From: Chromera velia
Lineage: Eukaryota
Length of the DNA: 46,548 bases
Reading direction: 5' to 3'
Assembly: GCA_018398765.1 (NCBI GenBank)
Contig: JAHBMJ010000474.1
Location: forward strand, 1-46,548
Notes under the pieces: generated by a model
Told to the model about the DNA's origin: nothing
Database searches by the model: none
What the model saw: the letters and a program-made list of their open reading frames with translations, nothing else
Program-made: the position numbers and the translations under genes
Shown here: in pieces, positions 1 through 11,448 of the stretch
Position numbering within the stretch: the stretch's first letter is position 1
Layout of the letters: every line of letters starts with the position of its first letter

Positions 1-382
1 TTATGGTTGCACGTAAAAGCCTTGTGTTTTAAATGCGAAGGCCCCCTTAGAGTCTGCGGGGGAGTCCGGAGATGCAACAGAATGCTTCCTTCCGCTGAGA
101 CTGAACCTTCCAGGCCGGCTCATCGCCCTGTCACGCAGTGTGAAATCTGTCGTGCAAACCCCGCACACCCCCCTTGCTTTGGAGATGAGCGGTGCACCCA
201 GGGAGAGAACAGAGAAATCAGACTTTGTGTCACAAATTGTAAGGAAAGAAAAGTTTCATGTCAATGTTAAATGACAGTAAATGATTTGAAAAGTAAATTT
301 TCTTCAGGACTAGATTTCTTTAAAGTTGAATGCATCTATAATTTATTTTTTATAAAAATGCACACAAATTAATGTCCAGGGT

Positions 383-470
383 ATGCGCATGCATGCAGCT
401 TGGATGAGCGCGCGCCATGCGCGCGCCGCGCCGCCTTGCATGTAGACGGATTGTAGACGGCGACTGACAG
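383..470 (+). promoter_or_regulatory. GC-rich GCATGC/GTAGACGG motif cluster upstream of the oxidoreductase
   Basis: gcatgcatgca, gcgcgcgccatgcgcgc and two gtagacgg copies ~310-390 bp upstream of the ATG, after an AT-rich stretch. Similar clusters precede the other two intact genes. Confidence 0.5.
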
Positions 471-777
471 CAGGGCATTCTGTCAGAGATCGAATGTCAG
501 AGAGTGTGTTGACTGAGGTTGGCTGATGTTGGCTGTCACTGTATCCAACAAGTTGTCACTTCAAGATCAGGATATGAAAATTTTCAAAGGGTCTCGTGGA
601 GCCCAATTTGGGTGTATATATAAACAATTGTCGAACGATCTGAACGGTTCGAACTCCCGTCTCCTTCATTGCCTCATCTCACGACTTGGTCTGCTTGAAC
701 TGTCGGAGAATTTTTCGGTGAGGCAGTATTGAAATAATTCATTTTGAACTTCCCTCATTGGTTGTTACAAAACCGGT

Positions 778-2063
778 ATGTCCGGCATTCGTTGGGGTGT
801 TTACGGGACCGGAGTGATTGCCGACGATTTCCTGAAAGCAACCCGGTCTTCGTTGCCGGATTCCGGAAAAAAGTTTGAGGGCGTCGTTCAGGGTGTTGCG
901 GCACGTGGAATCGAGAAGGCAAAGGCGTTTGCAGCCCTTCACAAAATTCCCGATGTACACTCTTCTTTTGAGGCTCTCTGTGCTGCTGAGAATATCGACG
1001 TCGTTTACATTTCCTCCCCCAACGCCCTCCACTATTCTCAGTGCCTCATTGCAATCGGTGAAGGCAAACACGTGCTGTGTGAAAAGACGTTCTGCTTGAC
1101 CGCCAAGCAAGGAAAACACCTGATTGAAGAAGCCAAAAAGAAAAATGTTTTTCTTTTGGAGGCCAACTGGATGTGTTTCTTTCCGTACATGGATCAGTTG
1201 AGAGAGACCCTGTCTTCCGGTACTCTCGGTCAGGTCCAGCTTGTGGAGGCCAATTTGGGTTTCCTTACTGACCCAGAGTTTCGTCAACACCTGACGAGAC
1301 ACGAACTCGGGGGGGGGGCACTGGGGGCAGTGGGTGTCTATCCACTCACGCTGAGTCAGATTGTGCACGGGAACGCGAAACCTTCCAAGATTCAGGCGTG
1401 CGGAGTGGTTGATGAGAGCAAGACAGACGTACAAGTGAGTGTGCAACTTTGCTATCCCTCGGGGGGCGTCTCATTGCTGCACAGTTCTCTCTTGACCAAT
1501 TCCTCCTGTGCTGCGCGGATAGACGGCACAAAAGCTTCTCTGATGCTTCACGGTGATCCCCACTTCATCTCCTGCACACGGACAGAACTGCTCTTCCCCG
1601 ATGCGGGGGGGGCAGAAGGTTCGGTAACAGAAAACCGATATCCTCTTCCGGTGTCATCGGAATCTTTTGGCCTTCCCAACAGCGCAGGTCTGTCTGCTAG
1701 CTGTGCGTTCCCTCTCGCTTGCAATCAGGTCGAGTGGTTCTTTCCGTACTGTTCGATCTCTTCCTGCGCATTCTCTATGCCATTGCAATCCCTCAAAGCC
1801 AACGCCGTCTGTTCCCCCCCCCAGATCTGTGGTCTGATGAATCGAGAAGGCGTTCGATACGCAGGTCGGTCGAATTGTGCATTCACATCAAAATGCTCTT
1901 TCCCATCTCTGCAGGACTGTTGTACGAGATCCTTGAAGTGGAGCGCTGCATTGCGGCTGGAATGAAGGAGAGCCCCCTGTGGACCCACCAGCAGACCCTG
2001 ACCAATTTGGAGATCATCGATGAGATTCGCCAGCAGATTGGGGTTGTGTTCGAAACAGACTGA
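778..2063 (+). CDS. Gfo/Idh/MocA family NAD(P)-dependent oxidoreductase (dihydrodiol/D-xylose dehydrogenase-like); exons 778-1687 and 1915-2063
   Basis: N-terminal IRWGVYGTGVIA Rossmann motif, GKHVLCEK motif, GGGALGAVGVY. The phase-1 intron 1688-1914 (gtctgt...ctgcag) joins PNSA to the family-type C-terminus GLLYEILEVERCIAAGMKESP...EIIDEIRQQIG. Confidence 0.93.
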
Positions 2064-2219
2064 ACGTATCCATGGTTGAATAGATCGAACAATAGAGGAA
2101 AAACCCATTTGACTCGTTGCACTCATAAACGATTCGAGTTCTGGAATTCAATTTGAGCGAGCGACTGCATTAGTGTTGACCTGAGCCAGGACGTGATTGG
2201 GTGATTGATCGATGAGTGA

Positions 2220-4055
2220 GTCATCGAAAGAGTCCGACGAGATGCGATTGAATAAAGAGAAGGGCAAGGGAATCTGGTGCAGAACGTACTCGATCCAAGT
2301 CGGATCTCCACCCCTCCTCTTGCCTCCTTGTTCGATCAGAGTGATGGCGTCAAGACAGAAAATGCTTTGGTCTTGATCAACAGGCAGAGGGACATGCATG
2401 CCTGTCGAGGCAAAAGCGAACCTTCTCCTCCTTTTTCTCTTTCCACCCATCTGTGTCTCCTCTGCTGAGCGGACGAGCGTGCGTTCGTGTGCGGGCGCGC
2501 TCCACTCCATTCCTCTTCTCTGTTTTGTCTGTCTGCATATGCCCACCTGTCTGCGTGTCTCACTTGATCCCTCTGCCTCTCCGCTTGTCTCTGCAAGTCC
2601 GTCTCTCTCTGCTTGCCTTCAAGTCTCTGCTCCTTACCAGAACAGACCAAGCGAGAAGAAACGAAGGAAACGGCCGGTCTCCACAAATCCGTGCCTGGAT
2701 GTCGACCCGAACGAGTCCATCTTGACGGTGCATGGAGGGAGGGAGTCTGCCATGGCCCAGACGAGACAGGTGAGTTGTTGCAGACATTGGAATGAAGGCA
2801 AAGAAGAAGAGGTCGACGGCCGGATGCACGAAAGAAAGAAAAATGCAAACAAAGCAAGGCACCTTAACTCACTGGCTGCCGCATGCCCCTCTCTGTTCAA
2901 GGGGGGTTAGGTTCCGTGCCCCTATCTCAGCGTTCGTTCGTCTGTGTCAGCATGTACGCAGGAAGGAATGGTTGCCGCAGACGGTGTCATGGCTTCACAC
3001 CAATCCAGAAGACACAATGCTTGTCGATGAATGATGTACGTTGTGCATGCAGGAGCTGGCTGAAGGGGCTGAAATGCCTGCAGGCGAGGAGGGCGGCCAA
3101 ATTCCGGAACTCGCACGCTGATCTGCGCAACCAGTCAGTCTCTCTGCATGATTTCACAAAAGGTTGCATGCCCGTGTAGACTGTTTTTTCCTTCCACCAT
3201 TTGTGTGGGAGAGAGTCTCGATAGAATTAGTGCATGGGCTTCTATTCACAACCGTGTGGATACATGTGTTCGATATTTTCATCCTCTTTCGGACGCGGGA
3301 ATGATCGAGGGCTGTTCGCACCGTGCACTGTGAGAGTTTTGATGCTTCTCCTGGCTGTCTGACCGTGTTTCTCCATCCTGCCCTCTCCTGATACAGCGAA
3401 GAGGCGAAGTACAGAAGGAAAGGGGGTAAAGCTCAGCTCTGCAGTCAGGCAGGAAATCAAAAACTTCAGACAGCTCTCCAAGCAGAATAAGAAGGAGCAG
3501 ACTGGCCTCGCTGCAGGTCAACAAGTCTCTTCTTCCTCCTCATCCTCTTCCAGTGGTCCCGCCACGCAGCGAGAAGACTCCGTCCTGCTCCGATGCATGG
3601 GCATTCCAGTGCTCCGAATCGATCATTTTTGCAGATCCGGTTCTTCGTCTCTCTCCTTTCCTTTCCTTCCCCGGGACAGCTTTCAGATTTTTCTGAAGAA
3701 TTTAGAGGGCAAAACCGTCACTCTTGAGGTGCGGTCCTCAGACTCTGTCGAGAAGTTGAAGGCAAAGATTAAGGCAAAGGAGGGGATCCCACCAGATGAG
3801 CAGCGTTTGATTTTTGCAGGAAAGCAGCTCGAGGACGGATGTACGCTCTCCGACTACAACGTTCAGGATGAGTCCACTCTTCACCTTATGAAGGGAATGC
3901 GGCTCTTCGTGAGGACCTTTACGGGCGAGACCATCACCGTCTGATTTGTGCTGGAAAGCAGCTCGAGGACGGGCGAAACCTGTCTGACTGCAGCAGTCAG
4001 AAGGAGTCGACCCTCCACCTGCATGGTCCTGCGACTTCGTGGCGGGGCGCCTGAG
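2220..4055 (+). pseudogene. Spliced ubiquitin-domain pseudogene: unknown N-terminal region, one ubiquitin-like domain and a broken second one
   Basis: Exons 2641-2769 and 3397 onward join in frame (gtgagt...atacag). [17 protein letters not shown]...[20 protein letters not shown]...STLHL is clearly ubiquitin-like. The second unit has an internal deletion after GETIT, frameshifts, and ends VLRLRGG (~4025-4046). An in-frame TAA lies at ~2253 in the putative upstream exon. Confidence 0.75.
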
Positions 4056-4492
4056 GTCCGTCTTTCATCTTTCACAAATTAAAAATGTGGGATTGAATGC
4101 GTAGGGAAAGGCTTTCGAAAGTCCATACGGATTTTTTGCTGTCAAAGAACGATCGACACAATTAAAACTATCACATCAGTCTGAAGGTATCGTTGGGAGA
4201 TTGTCGAAGGCTTTGTAGGAGGCTGGCGTGTTGGACCCTTGAAAGACTGCACAAGACTCCCAATGGTTTGAAATGTGTGTATTTTTCCATTCGCTCTGAC
4301 TCAAAAGTGTGGACGTGCTCCTTGTTCCTAATACACCTTCTTTCGGCTGCCTTTACAAATGGCCTTTTCGTCTCCCCCCAAGCAGCCCCTTAGAATAAGT
4401 GTCACTTTGATGGTTTTTCATCTGAAGCCCTTTCCCTCTTCTTTCCTTTCAGCCTTCTTTAATTCTTCCCTTCGTTTCTTCAATCCTTCCAG

Positions 4493-5086
4493 AAAAAGGA
4501 CCGCGATCAAAGAGCAACGGGGGAGTGGCAAAATTCGCGTGGAAACCTGAACAGAAAGAGACAAAAGCCAGATGGCGAAGATGAAGGGTTCAGTCAGGTC
4601 GGTCATGCAAGCACTTGGTCTTGCAGAACGTTCTCCCCTCTCTCCACTTTTGTCTTTTCTTTTGTCTGGCCATATGTGGAGCGGAGTGTAGCGCCTGTGG
4701 AGTGCACATCAAGCACTTATGCAGGAGACAACGAGCTTGGAGATCCTCTGGCGTAGGAAACATATCATGTTTGCATCCCTCTCGTTTTTCTCATAGTGTT
4801 GCAGTTTGTGTCTTCTTCTTTCCGGTTCTTGCATAGCCTCCATACTTCAATTGTTGTGGTGCAGGATCATGAGACGGTGACCCCTCCGGCACGACTCGAG
4901 TTCGGAGCAGGCATTAGGTCAGAAAATAACAAAGAACCCATCCACGTCTTCCTTTGGTCCATTTCCGCATGTCAGATTCTTCCTGCTTCGGTCTCTTTGT
5001 CGTCTTTCTTTCTTCCTTCCTTTCTTTCTTTCTTTCTTTCTTTCTTTCAGAGAATCTTCCTTCCTTCCTTCCTTTCTTTCTTTCTT

Positions 5087-5125
<39 letters not shown>

Positions 5126-7560
5126 CTCTCTCTCTCTCTCTCTCTCTGTCTTTCTTTCTTTCTTTCTTTCTTTCTGTCTGTCTGTCTGGTTGGCAGGGGG
5201 GCTGTCGCTTTGGCTTTGTATCTACATTGGGGTGTATGTATGGAACTCTCTCTCTCTCTCTCTCTCATTCCCTATATCTCTATCAATTCAGATTGCAGAC
5301 ACCTTCAAAGCTCTTCTCGTTTGCCGAGAAATTAATGGTGAGCCTTGCTGTGAGAGTCGAAGACAAACTTTCTGCTTGGGGCTCTCGTGCTTTTGCATTG
5401 ATTTACTTTCGTGGTTTACGGTCGAGATGGAGGCTCTCGTGATCCGGGAATCCAGTAGTCCGAGTCGGTATGGGACTCTACCCTCAGGTATGTGCAGTCA
5501 TACTCTTCCTCGTTCTGCAAACAATTGGCACTCGTTTTTGCCGCTCATTTGTCTGTACCCCCTTTGGGTTTTTGAGTGTGTCATCTCTCTTGGCTTCTTT
5601 GTGTCACTCTCTTTCACTCGTCTGTGGCTGCTGTTTCTCGATCAAGTACTACGCTCTGTCTGCTTGTGCCTGATTTCTCCTTGCTTGCCCCTTTGGCTGC
5701 AGAACCGATGAAGGAGAGCAAGCATGAGGGAGGCGTCATATACCATAAGACCGATGAGAACTGCGTTTTTGCGCTGGCAGTCCGTCAAGACGAGGGGACA
5801 GAGCACAACATACGAAATCTTTTTCAGGCATGTTATGAGTGCAAAACTCTTTTCTGTCTGTCTGTCTGTCTGTCTGTCTGGTTGGCAGGGGGGCTGTTGC
5901 TTTGGCTTTGTATCTACATGGGGGTGTATATGGGTGTATGTGTCTGTCCGTCCGCCACTCCATCCGTTCGTCTGCTCCCACCTTTCCTTCGCCCGTCTGT
6001 CTCTCTGTCTGACCGACTGGCTGACTTGCTGACAGCTTCGCTTCAAATGTGACTCGTCCTCAAATCACAAACAAACCAATATATGTGTCCCTACTTCTTT
6101 CTTCGTCTCCGTTGGCGTCTATCTGTCTCGTAAGCCTGCTCTTGTAGAAAGCGAAACGTTAAGTAACTTTGGCCGCTGTGAGTCGCTGTGAGCAAATTCT
6201 GCTCCTACAGAAAGCTTCCGTGCGAACACTTGATTTTCTCTTAATGTCAGATATACTTGAGCTGATGGAGTCGATAGGCACAATGCGGCCAACAGTTTTT
6301 GAGAAAAAGTCTTAAAGCTTCCGTAAAGAGAAAAAAAGATGCCTTCTCGCCTGCTTCCTCCCTTCCTTGCTTGCTTGCAGCTTCAAGAAGGCATCGCGAG
6401 GGACCGGTCCCCCGGCGGATCCTTAGCACACTCTGGGGAGCGGCGGGAGGAGTGGGGATGGGGGCGGTAAGGATAGGATACTGATCCTTTCACACGCATG
6501 CCCCATGCATGATGAGAGACAGAGGTGTACCTGTGAACCTGTGAAGGTGTGAATGCATCCGTAGTGGATTGTATGTTTTTGCGTGCCGATCTGTCTTCAA
6601 ATTGAGAGCAGGAGGAGGGCACACAGAAAATCGATGTCATTGGGCTATGAGGGCTTCGACTGTTACTTGGAACGACAAATTCGTTTGTTCTTTTACGTGC
6701 AGCGAACGGTTTCAAACAGTCTCGGTCGGTGGTCGGGTGCATAGAGTTTCGTACTCTCTTCGGTACGAAGATCTAAACTTCTTAAAGACAACACCCGATA
6801 TTTCTGAGGTCAGAAAATATCTTTTTACCCTTTTTCTTGTCACATCCGCTCATATCTGCTCTCTGACTGCCGTCATTGCTCTCTCTGGAGTCGTGTGCCA
6901 GGAAGCTTCTTGCTGTCCTTCTTGTGACAATGTGTACAACTCACAAGAGTGTGCCTACTCTCTGTTCCTCTCCCTCTCCAGCTTCCTCTCTCTCGCTCTC
7001 TCGCTCTCCTTCCTTCATCGTGTGTGGATGCATAAATATCGTTTTGCACATGTCTCTCGACTTGCAGGACTTGCTCACACTCGTACTTGACCAGTTGGAG
7101 ACTACAGCAGGCAAATCGGGGACTGTGTCGGTGAAGGAAGCGACACAATTAATCAATGCCATGTCAAAAGACCTCCCGCGAAGACTCATCACGAAGATTC
7201 ATAAGGTCGGTCAGACTGACCATCACCTGCCGAAGAACTCTGTGTGACCATGTCTGCGTCCCAGTGCAAATCCTCCTGCATCAGCAGCGGGGCAGCACCC
7301 CTTAAGTTTCTCCCCGTCCAAGACAGGTGCGTCTGCGCGCTTGCACAGGTATGCACGCAATAACTCACTGCTTTCTACCACAGATTTTTGGGCATGGCTC
7401 GCGTCTCGCCTCATGCCTTTTGACAACGCAACCCGTGAGGATGAAAGGATGCGTTTGCTGTGCAACCTCTCTGTTGTTTGGTTGAGTCTTTCTCAACATC
7501 TTTCATCGTGCCCGCAGCACTGGACAACATAAAGGCAGGCAAGGGGCGGGCCGCTTCTCC
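4493..7560 (+). pseudogene. Scattered exon-like segments of unknown gene(s), possibly decayed
   Basis: AG/GT-bounded open segments at ~4493-4597, ~5299-5337, ~5703-5830 and ~7068-7205 (DLLTLVLDQLETTAGKSG...ITKIHK|gtcggt), separated by pyrimidine-rich intron-like DNA. No recognisable domain and no full model. Confidence 0.35.
5005..5190. repeat. (CTTT)n/(CT)n/(TCTG)n compound microsatellite
   Basis: Directly visible low-complexity pyrimidine tract. Confidence 0.95.
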
Positions 7561-7969
7561 GGAGTCCCGACCCTCGGGACGAATCGGATGCCAACGGAGG
7601 AGGAGGTCAGTCCGGACGTTATCCGTGTCGAGATGATTGCGTTGCTTGTCAGAACGTATTCTGGCGGCCGCGACTGTGCGTCTGCTTTTGTGCATCCTCT
7701 CGTCTTCTATGCATGTGTGTGCGAGTGAATCAAAACTGGAAACTCTGTTAGCTGGCAGTAATATTCTTCCTCTCTGAGAGTGTTGTGCTTGATGCGATCA
7801 ACATAGCAACCTTCACTCCGTGTCCTTTTGCCCAGTCTCTCACAGAAGGATGCAAGTCATTGGACTTCAAAAGTTGGAGCTAGGGGAGCGGATATGTAAG
7901 GACTCGAGATGTTCAGGACTTGGGTGAAGGGATGAGTGCATGTGTGTGTGACACTGTGCTTTTCTTTGT

Positions 7970-8002
7970 GTTTTAGTGTATGTGTGTGTATGTGAGAAAG
8001 AG

Positions 8003-8050
<48 letters not shown>

Positions 8051-8095
8051 CGCGAGAGAGAGAAAGTGAATGAGTGAGTGAGTGAGTGAGTGTGT
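7970..8095. repeat. (TG)n(AG)n(GAGT)n compound microsatellite
   Basis: Directly visible. Confidence 0.95.
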
Positions 8096-8149
8096 CGATG
8101 TGTGACGGAGTGAATGACTGACTGTGCGTGTTTTTGTCCTCTTCTGTGT

Positions 8150-8577
8150 GAATGCGTCCGCGTCGCAGCATCGGCGGGGAAAGCGAGACGGTGAGGGAGC
8201 TCTGCAAACAGCTGGAGGAGGAGAGAGAGAAAGGAAAGAACGCCGAGACGGACCTCAAGAGAGTGGTCGGCTTCTGCCAATTGAGGAGAGTCCTGGAGCT
8301 TGCGGAGGACGCGGCAAAGAGCGTCTTCCAGACATAGGGGAGAAGGGCTTCGGGAACACAGGATTCATGAAGAGGCTCGGCCATGGTGTCATGTACCACA
8401 TGTGCACCTTGCTGGGCCTCCAGATGAACCAAGGAACGGACCCCGAGGTTGTGAGCCTTCTGCGGCAGGACGGTTGCAAGGACCCCCAAGATGCCACAGA
8501 GGCGAAGAAGCACCTTGCGGTGCTTTGGAGTGCCCCCCTTTACCAAAAGGACGGCAAGTGGAAAACGGCTGTGCATC
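8150..8577 (+). pseudogene. Truncated copy of a repeated unknown gene; homologous to 31528-31965 on the minus strand
   Basis: aatgcgtccgcgtcgcagcatcggcggggaaagcgagacggtgagggagctc...gaaaacggctgtg aligns with the reverse complement of 31528-31965. Similarity stops abruptly at AT-rich DNA near 8579. Confidence 0.7.
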
Positions 8578-9193
8578 CCTGATACATTAAAACAAAATGG
8601 TACAAAAATGGGTGAAAAATTAACCGATTGTGTCTCAATTTCCGTTTTTGGTACACAAAGGTGCTTATGAAATATGTATGCTATAGGTTTCAAAATCGGT
8701 GTACATCTATATTAACTCAAACTAATAAGCATACAACGTTTTGAGCTTTCATTGTACATAAAAATTTCAACTTGAAAATCTATGTTTGGAAAAAATTGTA
8801 CACCAATTTTATATTATACGAATTCAATTAATGACCAATGAACTTGAATATTCAGTACTAAAATTATAACACAATAATGCAATATAATGATATATGTACA
8901 TATACCGGCCGAGAGAGACCCGGTAGAAAGTGAGTATCTACTCATCACGGTGTATCAAACTATAGGTAATGACTCGGAACTTGATTGTTATGATATTGAA
9001 GACCAATTTATAACTTATACAAAATATCATGCATTAGAAATTATAAAAACAAAATGGATATTTATCTTAACTTACCGAATGTTACACTCATATTAACTCA
9101 TATTTATAGGACAATGACGATTACTAACTTACGCCGCCGATTAGTATATATCATAAACAGACCAACCAACTTAAACAATACCTATGATGATGA

Positions 9194-11448
9194 TAAACGG
9201 CTGAAGAAACCGCTGTTTGAGGATCACTCAGTTAGAGCTTGAGACAACATCTCGCTAGAGAGTTCTTCAGAAATTTTTCGCTGAGAAACAGTCTTGCTTG
9301 AACCCATTCTTCGCAGCGCCCGTCTTATAGTTTCCGAGTCGATCGTAGCAGAAAACTCTTTCTCTATTCTCCAGCTTCATTCTGTTTACTCTGTTTTTTC
9401 TGGCTCTCAGCTTTGGTAAACCGATAGCCCTTTTCCCAGCTTTTACTCAAAACGAACTCCAATTTTGCTATAACTTCAGCATCGTTCAGCAGTCGTCTCC
9501 GTTTTCGGTTTGATGATCGTTTTTCTTAAGTGAGCAATCGAAGTACTCAAACCGGCTCAGACGGGATATCTTGGGGAACTGTGGAACACCCAGACCTGCA
9601 AGTGGCCCTTGTGGCTGCGGTGCAGCAGCTTATGCCAGCAGGAAGTGCTCTGCTGGATACCCCGCTTCGCAACGTTAAGAAGACACTGGACGACACTTTT
9701 GTTCCCACAGTATTGTCAGTCGTCTCAATTTTGATAAAGTTAAACAAGCTGACAGTGTCACTTTCCCACCCATAGAGAAGGAGGCACAAGAAGCCAAGGC
9801 ATTCATCTGCGGAGTCAAAGACAAACTCGCCTTCCCCCTTAGCTGAAAGAGGCTTTGGGTCAAACAAAAAGAAGTCGGTTGCGGGTGAGGTTGCATTTAA
9901 GGAGACTGTGTCCGCCCTTTCTGCCTCGGCTGCCCTTTTCACACCAAACTTGTCACCTCTTGAAGCTTACGTCAATCCCTCCCCCCAGATGACTCAGAGC
10001 GCTAAGCCTTCTATCTCGCCCTCCCTACAAAGCGATGCTAACACGCCCCCCCTACAAAGCGCTTCCGTCTCGCCCTCCCCACAAAGCAATGCCAATACGC
10101 CCCCCCCACAAAGCGCTTCCGCCTCACCCTCCCCACAAAGCGATGCCAACACGCACCCCCTACAAAGCGTTTCATCCATATCCTCCTCCTTGAATTTGAA
10201 AGGTAACTTTGTTAACCAAATCCCTGGACTCGTCTACTCCACTATCATGGACGTTGGTTTCTCAAAACCCCTCTCCCCACCTACTCCTCCTGAGGTTCCT
10301 CAAGCCTCAGTGCACTTCATTCACTTTTTCCTTGAAAGAGACTTCAGCGAAAACCCGTTTAGGCTCTCAGCTCACACTGTTCGTGAGCTGTTTAACCTTT
10401 GTATACAGGAGGATCTGCCTTACTGTGACGGCACAGATTTTGTTAGGCAAAGGGGCCTGGAGGCAGTTTTTTGTTGTGACATGATGGAGAAGCATGCTAA
10501 CGATGTGATTGCCGCCCGGGATGGGCGTTCGCTCTTTTTTGTTCGCGAATATGGAGACGCGTTCCCTTCTTGTAAGGTGCGGCTTCGTATCTGCAAAGAA
10601 TCTTACCTTTCTGAATCAGAGCAGGAAGAATGCAATGTGCAACGTTCTTTGCAGCAGCTCTTCTTTCTGCTTCCTCCCTCTGACCACGTGAGTCCTCGTC
10701 TGCGCTTCACTGCACAGATGATGACTCCTGCTATTGTTTCCAAGTCAGCAAAGAAGTCTTGGCGTCAGAGGACATGGAATCAGATTCAAAACGAGATTGG
10801 CTTTCTCAAACAGTTTAAAGAAGGGGAAGAACAAGCGTCCAGCAGAGAGAACCTCTCCTTTGACATGTCTTTCCCATCAGTCACACGCGCTGTGCAGGCT
10901 TTTGTCACGTTCGAAAACCATCTAGCAGGAGAAGGCGAGGGTGACCGACCTGGTCTTTAAAAGGGCAAGTTTGTTGCAACGTAGCTGTGAGAGCAGACTG
11001 AGTATGAAACTTAGCAATGAGAGTTTGTTCTGTTTCTTATTTCTCTGTTTTCTTTCCTTTTTATCTCCCTTTCCTCTTCTCTTATAGATAAAAGACGCGA
11101 GCACAATGACCGAACGGTCTTTTTCTGAATTGTTTATCCCTTTCACCCTTCGAACGCCTTTTTCGTACATCCATTCCAATCCTTGTTCTCCCTCTTCACT
11201 GGTTTGCTCTATCTGCTTTCAGTCTATCCTAGCTTTCAGTACTCTGGATTGGTTTGATTGTCGTAGCCTTCTATAGTGAGGAACGGCACTTAAATCGATT
11301 AAGCGTCATGATTCAGGCGCCGGGTTTCAGCTAGCAGACGGCAGCCCCACCCCGATAAGTGATACAGGTCTGGCAAAGGGGCAATACAGCATTGTCCTAG
11401 ACTCATGCATTGCATGATGCCCTATAGACTGGTGATCAATAATAATAA
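9194..11448 (+). mobile_element. Non-autonomous non-LTR retroelement with an ORF1-like frame, a LINE-like 3' end and an (AAT)n tail
   Basis: Starts right after atgatgatga (9184-9193). The last ~100 bp (agcccc...caggtctggcaaaggggcaat...ctagactcatgcattgcatgatg...tatagact) match the 3' end of the RT-bearing element at 21353-21445. Ends in aataataataa. No RT motifs. Confidence 0.65.
9530..10960 (+). CDS. ORF1-like protein of the retroelement, interrupted by one TAG at 9773-9775; Pro/Ser/Gln 54-bp repeats at ~9995-10172
   Basis: ORFs 9530-9775 and 9908-10960 are in the same frame. Intronless, inside the element, no recognisable domain. Confidence 0.5.

Noticed and set aside
739..1446. 235-aa antisense ORF (also 23236-23904 and the plus-strand ORFs over 43417-44034)
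   Set aside because: Shadow frames opposite well-supported genes.
1688..1965. C-terminal extension of the 395-aa ORF 778-1965
   Set aside because: Read-through into an intron; the family-type C-terminus is in the other frame after the AG at 1913-1914.
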